In this document: positions 54,388 through 64,000 of the stretch, in pieces
Layout: each line of letters begins with the position of its first letter
Numbering within the stretch: the stretch's first letter is position 1
NCBI GenBank assembly: GCA_012295275.1
Contig: CM022668.1
Span: 13,516,001-13,580,000, forward strand
DNA: 64,000 nt
Direction of reading: 5' to 3'
From: Chrysomallon squamiferum
Lineage: Eukaryota; Animalia; Mollusca
Notes under the pieces: model-generated
Told to the model about the DNA's origin: nothing
The model's input: the letters and a program-made list of their open reading frames with translations, nothing else
Database searches by the model: none
Translations under genes and position numbers: made by a program

Positions 54388-57032
54388 CTGAAACAATTTC
54401 AAATACACTGAATGTAGAATCTAAGGCATTATTTTATCTTCTCTTTCTTCATGTTCTTGATATTGTAAAGAATCATTATTATTATTATTATCATGATTAT
54501 GACCGTTTCCATTACCTTAAACACTATTACCACTACATTACAACCAATATTATTATCATTCTGTCTACATCTACCATTACAACTGTAACAACCATCAAAT
54601 CATACCCACTACTTCTGCTAGAAGCACTGTTATTACTCTCATCACAGCCCTTATTACTAGTCTATCTATCAATACAGTTCTTACTATCACAGCAACTACC
54701 ATTACTACACCCTCTACAGATACTATTACTGCTCTCTCTATCACTTCTACTACTGTTACCATAACTACAGGTTTAATTAATACAACTGCTTTCACTTCTA
54801 GTATTCGTGCTGCGTCGTCAGCGACAGCGTGTAGTAAAACTGTTAAAAACATATACTACGACGTCACGGTATTAATGATTTTGCGTATTACTGAACTATA
54901 GTTCTTGAATGACCAATATTTAGAAACTTTGATACACTTACCGTACGTCAATGAATCTAGACGAAGTTTTGGCTCGACTCGTTGTGAAGTTTGGATTCTT
55001 TCTGATGGCTGGACTTGTTTTGGTGCGTTAGACTGAGTCTTTTTAAAAGACAGATAAAACGAAGATATCATTGCAGTATTACAGTATATTCATTTTAGAT
55101 TGAGTCTGTACGCATACCTGCGTATATTATGCAATATAACTTTGTAAATATAAGATTTTACTTATTTTCTTATTTAAAAGTGTTGATGCATTCATTCGTT
55201 TGTTAAACATTCTGTTATTTATTTATTTATTTATTTACTTAAGCTTCTTCTTTGGCGTTTGTGGTCACGGAATAATTATTTTAATTTCATTTATAATATT
55301 TCATACTGTTTTACTCAGACATGAATTATTATGTTTCATTAGGTAAATAAGTAAAGTAATGATTTAATGATGCTTACCTTTTGTTCATAACGCTTCTTTA
55401 ATTCAGAAACTGAAATATGTTGAAAAATTAGAAAGTATAAGTTTTTCTCTCTATATATATAATTATATCCGTCTATCTATGTATTAATGTATGTGTGAAT
55501 GTATTTACCTTCATACCTATCTCACTATCTATACATGTGGAAAACAAATTAAGCAATACCCAGACCTATAATTGTATGAATTAAGAATACAGCGCATTTT
55601 CTTGGAAGACTTATTGACATTTGATATCGTGCTGGATAGCATGACTTTCGTGGAGATATTCAGTGCATGTTGAAATCAAGTTTGTAATTTTTATATGTCT
55701 TACTCTCTCGTGTCAGTTTGCACTGGATATTGAAATTATGGTAATTGTCATGGCACGTCGTAAATTACCACTACCATATTGTGGTAGATTACTGACATAA
55801 AAAAAAAAAAAAAAAAAAAACATATGCAGGAACGTTTCTTCAGACAAACTGGACGTCAACTTGTCCGCAATATTTCTATCATTTCAAGACTCTTGAACAA
55901 ACGCAGGGCTACTAATGATGTCAAAGATCGTCCAAAACGTGACAGAGAACAATAAGAGAGGACAGAGCATTGTTGAATCTTCACGGGACACGAGAACATC
56001 TATAAAACAACTGCGGTTACCGGGCAGAGTCATTTCATACTGGAATAGGCTAAAAGCAGCAGGATAAAGGGCCAGACGACCCTCGGAGTCTGTTCAACTT
56101 CAACTTGCAAAGCAGCAACACGTGTCTGGTGCAATCAACGTGTTCGCTGGAACATTGCATCATGGCGGAGTGTTCACTTTTCAGATGACAGCACAGTGCT
56201 CATTGTTGTTTGAGATAAAGGTCTGCAAGATACAGTGCCGTATTATCCTTAGACTTTGAGCTGTTTGGGGCCCTCCACATCCCCCAACGCCCCTCCCCGC
56301 TCTTTTCAAGCTCTCCTTTCGTACCATTCATTGCAATAATATTAAAAATGAAGTAATTAATGGAGTAACAAAGAAAATAATATCATCTTATCAGACAACC
56401 TTTAATTAGCATGAAGCAAAGCAATGTCAAAAGATTTTTCATCCTTCAGACTGGATCACTGGTAATTCTTAATACGTTTTTCAGGAACAAGAAAAGACGT
56501 GTCTAGAGAACAATTTGTATCAAGAAGTGACAAGCAAATATTTAAACCAGTCTACATGTTCGGAGAAATTTCCTTGCATTTCATTTATAACAATTTTGAC
56601 CAACTGATAAATTAAAATTGGAGGCTGACCCCAACCCGTTCGGCCCTGACTATGCATCAAAATGTCGCATAAACTGACCCATGCATTTTTTTGTTTATGT
56701 AGATTAACGCACCCTTAGCGTCTCTCTATCAAAGAGCATTCCTATAAATTAATTTCACTGACGCTCGTGAAGTGTTTGACGTTTACACAGTTTTAACATT
56801 TAACACCAAAAGTGAAAAAGAAAAAGGTTGCATACATGTTTTGCAAAAAGTTTCATTAGGAAATTTCTACAAAAAATACTTTTCAAAATTAAGAACGAAG
56901 AAAACCAACACTACTAATGCCCTTTTTATCAACTTCAAATATTTTTTGTTCATGTTAAATTAATTTTTGTTAATTAATTAATTAATTAATTAAATAATTT
57001 AATTAAATTTAAAACGACTTACCCGAAGCCAT
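52652..57032 (-). CDS. GIMAP: GIMAP/IAN (AIG1-family) GTPase with long coiled-coil tail, 4 coding exons, ~624 aa
   Basis: Exons (-) 57032-57023 (MAS-), 55409-55378 (VSELKKRYEQK), 55038-54942, 54387-52652; total 1875 nt in frame. G1 GITGSGKS, G2 SITKTC, G3 DTPG, APGPHAF, RFTPEE, G4 FTRLDDL, G5 FNN. The three small 5' exons are inferred only from splice signals and phase. Confidence 0.88.
54942..55038 (-). CDS. GIMAP: GIMAP coding exon 3 (TQSNAPK...LDSLTY)
   Basis: Donor G|gtaagt in phase 1 matches the main exon; acceptor tgtcttttaaaaag. Confidence 0.65.
55378..55409 (-). CDS. GIMAP: GIMAP 32-nt coding exon 2
   Basis: atatttcag acceptor, AAG|gtaagc donor; phases 1 and 0 fit the neighbouring exons. 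Confidence 0.6.
55825..56192 (+). mobile_element. Degenerate Tc1/mariner transposase fragment in GIMAP intron 1
   Basis: Fragmented translation GRQLVRNISIISRLLNKRRATNDVKDRPKRDR / REDRALL / NRLKAAG*RARRP / WCNQRVRWNIASWRSVHFSDDS matches the Tc1 HTH, the GRPR-like linker and the W..V.FSDES motif; contains stops and deletions. Confidence 0.8.
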
Positions 57033-57150
57033 AATTTGTGTTTTCCCCCAAGTTAATAAAATCGCAAAACTGAATTAAGTTCGAATTGTTCACCACAGCA
57101 TTAGTTTGCACAATTACAGTGCAGTACTCGTTGTTACTTTGTATAACGGT
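57023..57150 (-). other. GIMAP first-exon/promoter module, copy 1 (ATG GCT TCG G|gtaagt)
   Basis: ATG at 57032, donor at 57022, TATA-like TATACAAA at 57145-57138. Confidence 0.6.
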
Positions 57151-59167
57151 TGGCAAAACAACCCTGTTCCCAAGGACAACGTATTCTCCGAAAACAGCTA
57201 GTTATGGCCCAGCCACTTTGCTATAGCAGCTATCAGCTTTATTTACTATCTGAGGTGTACTGTCTGAAAATAACAACGTGCAAACAGAGTGTGCCATAAC
57301 AGAGATGAATACTTTGAATTCATTTGTAGATTGAGGGTTTGACGTTAAAACTAAAACAATGATGTAAAAAATAAGTTATAATAACAACATTAAATCTACA
57401 TGTTTCTTCAGATATGTATACGTACAGGTCAGATAACAGTATAAAATGCAACACAAATAACATGAACTTTTTGTAATGCCTTTACGCCGTCTGTTTCAAA
57501 AATACATGAGTAATTATGTTTCTTAGAAACTGAAACGTGTAATTCTGAAGATTAAGTTTGAAGTACAAGATTGTTAGATATCACTGCATTTGTTTGTATT
57601 TGAACAAAGGTATTACTTGAAATTGTTGTTTTGACACAGAAAAACACATACAAAATAATAATAATATTTATAATAATAATATCTGCGATTGTTTCACTTG
57701 AGAACTGCAAGTACAAACTCGTCCTTTCTTTTAGTCATGTGAACGATGACTGAAAATAAAGTTTGCATGATGAACTAATGTATTTAGTTCTTTATTAATG
57801 CAATGACTATGTGACATTTGATACGTGTCCACATGCAAAAAGATCTGTTGATCTGATATATTATTCTGTCAAAATAGTTTTCTTATTGTTACTTTATAAT
57901 TCATGTAATATTGTAATTTTCAAAAGGTTAATCGCTTCCCAATTGGATTACTCAGTCAGCTGTCTGTCCATCGATCATCTATCTGAAAATCTGCATATGC
58001 ATCTACAAAATTATTTATATTGATCAGTATATAATGAAACGAAATCTGAGAGTAATTTTAATTTATAAAGACCGATAAAATTCAAATGATAATGTTTGTC
58101 ATTTTAATGTTGTTCAAAGTATTTCTTTATGAGATATTATTACAGAATGAATTTAAAAACTAACAGAAACGTAGGAGAAGAAGGTGAACTACACTAAAAA
58201 CTTTTCTTCTTTTTTTTTTTCTTTTTTTTTTTTTTATCGAAATTAAATGTTTTTTATATTATGTAAAAATATTTTCATTAATTAATTACTTTGTTTGCAA
58301 TAAAAAAAAGAAAAGAAAAAACAACTAAAACAACTAAAATAATGGTCTGCTGAGAATTAGCTTAAGAGATTATGAAATGTCAAAATGAACATGAACGTGT
58401 CACCTCTGAGAAGTAAAAGAACAAACCCGTGTTTGTATCTGACTGTTATCTGAGACCTCACTGATGTAACACCGTGTATAAGGGGAATTACTATACTGTC
58501 TAGTTCTTTATCAATGCATGCATGTGTAAAATTAGATAACGTGTCCACACGCAAAGATCTGTTTATCTAAAATATTAATATGTGTATGTAAGTTACTTAT
58601 TGTTTGCTTTATAAAAGGTCTGAAGAAAAATACATTTCTCCGAAAACCGCTTTTTAGTGACAAAGTAGTAGGGTTTATATTTTCTATCGGGATAACCCAA
58701 GTATAAAATAAAATAAAAAAAGTACTAACTCAGTTATTGATGTTTTTTCAAAGAGGTTTTTTTTTTTTTTTTTTTGTTTTAAAAACTGGTTTACCCCCAT
58801 CTGTGTGTCTATCCTTCTATTTCTCTGGTTGCTCATCTTTCTATCTCAAAACATCTATATCGATACAGATTCTTTAAAGATAGTTAATGTTCGAAAATGT
58901 TATGTATATTGATCAGTAATATACTAGAGATATTTTAATTGGTAACAAAAGACAAATAATATTTAAGTGATAAATTTGGTGATTTAAACGTTGTTAAATT
59001 TTTCATTATGAGGGTTCTATTAAAAATACGTTTTAAAATTAAGAAGAAATAAAACAAAGTCCATAAATATCCTTTTTATCAACTACAAGTATTTTTCAGT
59101 GCTTAATTTTTTTTTGTTAATTAATTTATTTATTCATTACAATTTAATTGAATTTAAAACGTCTTAC

Positions 59168-59430
59168 TCGAAGCCATAATTTGTGGGGGTTTTTTTCCCC
59201 AAGTTAATGAAATCCTAAAACTGAATTCAGTTAGAATTGTTAGCCGCAGAATTAGTTTCTGATAGCGCCTTATCGATAAATAAAACACAGTTGAACCTTG
59301 AACCTTGGACAAAAATGAACGTGCAAATCAGAGCAAGCTGTTGTGAAGCATGTCTGCGACAGGCACGCTTTCTGGCAAGTCAGCGGTCTGTGGCAGAAAC
59401 AACACAGTACTCATTGTTGCTTTATATAAG
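59168..59430 (-). other. GIMAP first-exon/promoter module, copy 2 (ATG GCT TCG A|gtaaga)
   Basis: ATG at 59177, donor at 59167, TATATAAA at 59428-59421; flanks are homologous to copy 1. Confidence 0.55.
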
Positions 59431-61496
59431 GGTAGGCCAAGATACCCAGAGTAGGGTCCTTAGGCGTCGAGCTTTTTGGGGCCCGTTGACATGGCAACGC
59501 CCATCCTCCCGAATTTCACACCCTCCAATCGTACAATTTAATGCAGTAATATTACAAATTAAGTAATTAATGGAGTAATAAAGAAAATTTCTTCTTAGAA
59601 GACAACCTTTAATTATCATGGAGGAAAGCAATATCAAAATACCGCTACTGTATTGTAGAATTAAACACATACATGTCTATCTAGGTGGACTAGGTACTCA
59701 AAATTATTTCTCACTAATCATTTTAAACGCTGAACCAGAATATTGATCCAGAGTGCAGGCAGTTCTACCTGGATGAATGCCAAATTGCTGAGCTTCTCGT
59801 GTTTCAGAGTGGATCACGTTTAAGGGCAAAAAAAGACCTCTCTCCAGAAGAGTTTGTGACGAGTAGTGACAAGTAAATGCGTAAACAAATGTACATGTCT
59901 GGAAAAAAGTTTCTTGCATTTCATTTTTAACAAGTTTGAGCAAGTGAAAAATCAAGATTCGGAACATGAATTTTTTTTTTTTTTTTTATATAGTTTTATG
60001 CACCCTTAGTGTCTCTCTATCAAAGAGGATTCCCATAAAATAATTTAAGTGACGCACATAGAGCGTTCAGTTGTACATAATATGACAATTTAACACCAAA
60101 AGAAAACAAAAACAAAAAATATTTCACGTATTCCTGCTTTTGGTGGGACCAGAGGCTTCAGCCTGTTCAGCCTTAGGGATAATATTGCACTGGTAACATA
60201 GCTTTGATCCTGAAGAAAAAAAAAAAATTGACTGCTAAGTGAAAATTGCATTTTTCCGAAAATAGCAATTTACGGTCGACATATAGTTTCCTATATTGAT
60301 TAACTGCTTTATTAAATATTATGTTTTTACTTCTCGGGGTGACACACTTCTTTTGGACGTAATTTAATTAATCTGTTAATGTTGAGTTGCTGTTTTATGA
60401 CACACAGGCACACATAGACTGGAATAAACCACACAGAGTATAAATAAAAAAAACACAGTGCAAAAAAAAAAAAAAATGAAATAAAAAAAAAAACAATATT
60501 TATTTTGATTTACTTATTTTTATTCACATATATATATGAATAAAAATAATAAATAAATAAATGAGTAAATCAAAATAAATATAAAAATAAAAAATAAAAA
60601 ATAAATGTAAAATAATATAATATAAAATAACCGAAACGATCGTCATGCAAATTAGGTCAAAGGTTTATGAAATGTCATTATCAACATGAACGTTTTACCT
60701 ACGAGAAGTAAAAGAACAAACTCGTCTTTGTATCTGTCTGTTATATGAGACCTCACTGACAACACATCGTGTATAAGTGGAATCAATATGTTGTTATATC
60801 TTTACAAATGCATTGACATGCAACAACTGACAACGTGTCAACATGCAAAGATCTGTTTATCTAATATATTATTCTGTGTGAATATAGTTTACTCATTGTT
60901 GCATTATAAATGGTTTGGCAAGACACTTCTGTTTCTGAAGAAAATTATATTTCTCCGAAAACTGTCTTTTGGTGACAAAGTCATGGTGTTCATATTTTCT
61001 GTCAGAATAGCCCAAGTGCAGAACTAACACAATTATTGATGTTTATTAATTTATTTATTTATATTTCTATTTTTTTTCAAAGAGTTAATTTCTTCTTAAC
61101 TGGATTAAATTTTCTGTGTGTCTCTTCCTCTATTTCTCTGTCTTGCCATCTGTCTATATGAAAACATCTACATGTATATATATATATATATATATTCTGT
61201 AATGAAAGTATCCCCGATAAAATCATTTATATTGATCAGACATGTACAAGACTTATTTTAATTCATAAGAAATGACAAATACTATTTAAGTGATTAATTT
61301 TCTCATTTAAGTCATGTCACAAGTTTCATTATGAGCTTTCTATAAAAAATAAGTTTCAAAATTAAGAAAGAAGAAAATTAGACTGCACTAATACCCTTTT
61401 TATGAACTACAAATATTTTGTTAATGCTAAATTATTTTTTATTAATGAATTGTTGTCTTAATTTGTTACAATTTAATTACGTTTAAAACTTCTTAC

Positions 61497-61640
61497 CCGA
61501 AGTCATATTTTGTCTTCTTCACAAATTAATAAAATCACAAAATTGAATTCAGTTCGGACTGTTCACTACTAAAATTACTTTGTGATAGTCGCTTGACGAC
61601 AAATGCAGCACAGTACTCGTTGTTGCATTATATGAGGGTT
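61497..61640 (-). other. GIMAP first-exon/promoter module, copy 3 (ATG ACT TCG G|gtaaga)
   Basis: ATG at 61506, donor at 61496, CATATAAT at 61634-61627; flanks are homologous to copies 1 and 2. Confidence 0.55.
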
Positions 61641-62413
61641 GAGAAAACATCACTATTCCTGAGGAAAACGTATTTCCCCGAAAACAGCTAGTTACGATCC
61701 ACTCACTTTGCTGTATCGGTTAAAAGCTTTATTAAATCGTGTAATATCTGAAAATAACAACGAGCAAATGGTGCGATATAACAAATATCGATACTTTGAA
61801 TTGATATATACGTTGTGTGAGTTTTAAAGTAAATCATAAATAATGATGTAATGAGACTGTCAAACAATTTTTGATCTCTTTCTGTGTGGGAAACATCCAT
61901 TTCTAAAACTGTCGCCATTGAATTATTTTTAAAACGCTCTTCCAATTTTTTTAATTGACGATTTAAGGTTACAAATATCTGAATCTGTGATAGTAATATC
62001 TACGAAAGGACTGAGAGGAAAGCTTTCTCAAATTCCACTGGTACTAACAGCCCTTTTATTTTATGATATTCAAGATGCTTCATTATATCATAAATTAATT
62101 GTAGATTTTCATGTATATATCTGCCTTTAATAAACTCAGTTTGATTTTTTCTAAATCTGTTTTTACTCTATTTCCAATGCATTTGGGAAGAAATTTCTAC
62201 ATACAGTTTATAATATAGTAATAGTTCGTCAGTTCTTTCAGATAATTTTTCATATGTTATATTGGCTTTTCGAAAACGTGCAATGATTTGTAATTTTGTT
62301 TTGTAGGGGACATTTTTTAAATTTTTATATTGTAACTATATCTAATATATCTTACAATAATGGCCTAATGTTATGATATCAAGATATTACAACTTTGTCT
62401 GGGTACAAAAATT

Positions 62414-62447
<34 letters not shown>

Positions 62448-62507
62448 CATTACTACTACTACTACTACTACTGCTACTATAATAATTACAACAAAACAAC
62501 AATAAAT

Positions 62508-62598
<91 letters not shown>

Positions 62599-63148
62599 CT
62601 TTACTTGTATCACAAAATGTTGCATTGCTCCACAAATACCATAAATAAAAAAGGTGCTGCGACTGGGGTGGCGAAATTAAATTTATTATATTTGCCACTA
62701 CAGCTTACAAAATAATTATCATTGATTTATTGATTTATAATATAGATAATCAAAAGTTTATGTTTCCAATTAATTTACTTTTATAATTTTGGAATATTAA
62801 TCTGCATCAGTTAGATATGCTAAACCAGATCTGTCTTGTTTCTCTGTCTCAGTCGTTTTAATTTTTGTCTTTTTTCTTCACCACTGACTTTAGTTTCAGT
62901 GACATAATGTTGGTCTTTAAGCACATTAAGGAATAACTAATCTTTCTGTTAACGAGAAGGTGCAGATAAAACATCCTTTACTAAATATGGAAAAAGTGTA
63001 ACCCCAATGTAAGAAAAAGAATTATATCTTTCACTTGTCATTATCAGTTTGATCGTTCACTATATGTATGATTCTACAAAACCATACATTTATAAATCAT
63101 AATTAGACTAAAATATCTTTCTGTTTGTGTGTGTGTGTGTGTGTATAA

Positions 63149-63195
<47 letters not shown>

Positions 63196-63414
63196 TATAC
63201 AGTCAGAAGATAGGTAATCTCCCCTCTTTCCATATTCCTTTCTTTCCCTTTTTCCATCAATAGTCTCGTTTTAAATATTAAAACTATTTCAGCATTTTCA
63301 GTAAACACTAATTTTATTTTCATTCTTAAATGTTAGAAAAACAAAAACCGGGTAATTATACATTAAGCAGACGACACAAATATTCACTCCAGTTATCAGA
63401 CATTAAGTAATGAT

Positions 63415-63492
<78 letters not shown>

Positions 63493-63857
63493 CATAATAA
63501 TAATAATAATAAAAATAATAATAGAAATAGAAGCACTAACTTATAAATATAAATACACATATAAAATCTCCTAAATAACTTGGTCAAACATAGTCAAATA
63601 AAGATTTGCCACCAAATGTATTTCATAATTGTCCAAATTATTTTCATTGCTATAGTTTGCTCTAAAGATAACATATCAGGATAATGCTGAAAAGACCAAC
63701 GTGTAAGGAACTAATATTAATACATACATATATATAAAACAAAAATCTATATAACGTGAAATCTTTACAATATTTATGATAAAGTTTATTTTGAGTTCAG
63801 TAGTTAGTTCTTTGTTGTCTTTAACAACAAAATATTCTTACATTATTTTATGCTGTT

Positions 63858-64000
63858 TTATTTGTTATCTCCAACATCTTTCTGAGGTTCGTTTACCTTC
63901 AGAAACCCCTTTACAGCCAATCCCCCAGCACCCGTAACTAGACTTTTAACTGATTTCCAGTGACTATTTTTTACAGCAACTGCAACTTTATCAATGATTC
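63858..64000 (-). CDS. GIMAP: 3' end of a second GIMAP paralog (partial, continues beyond the window)
   Basis: Reads (G)IIDKVAVAVKNSHWKSVKSLVTGAGGLAVKGFLKVNEPQKDVGDNK*, aligning at its start with GIVDAVG of copy 1. Downstream 62600-63860 is collinear with 50680-52640. Confidence 0.7.
   Translation of the reverse strand, partial: IIDKVAVAVKNSHWKSVKSLVTGAGGLAVKGFLKVNEPQKDVGDNK

Noticed and set aside
55378-55388. ATG at 55388 or 55071 as the GIMAP start
   Set aside because: 55388 is out of frame with the next exon and hits a stop. 55071 is in frame but lies in what looks like the acceptor pyrimidine tract. The triplicated upstream ATG exon fits the phases better, although 55071 cannot be fully excluded.

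Overview
AT-rich, microsatellite-saturated animal genomic DNA with spliceosomal introns. The gene content (chitin synthase, nicotinamidase, GIMAP cluster) suggests an invertebrate, plausibly a mollusc or other lophotrochozoan; this is inference. Manual splicing gives four full gene models and one partial one. (1) A 13-coding-exon chitin synthase (+, 2759-17384, ~1665 aa) with a GC-AG intron and one single-base frameshift. (2) A convergent 5-exon nicotinamidase (-, 22004-19389, ~288 aa) with an N-terminal signal peptide and a C-terminal GPI-signal-like hydrophobic tail. (3) A 2-coding-exon chondroitin sulfate synthase (-, 37065-30742, ~722 aa) with two single-base frameshifts. (4) A 4-exon GIMAP/AIG1 GTPase (-, 57032-52652, ~624 aa) with a repeat-expanded coiled coil. 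(5) The 3' end of a second GIMAP paralog at the right edge. The most notable observations are the putative cell-surface nicotinamidase and three tandem copies of the GIMAP promoter/first-exon module, each keeping ATG and an in-phase GT donor. Most short ORFs in the supplied track are microsatellite artefacts. All coordinates were read by hand and no database searches were run.
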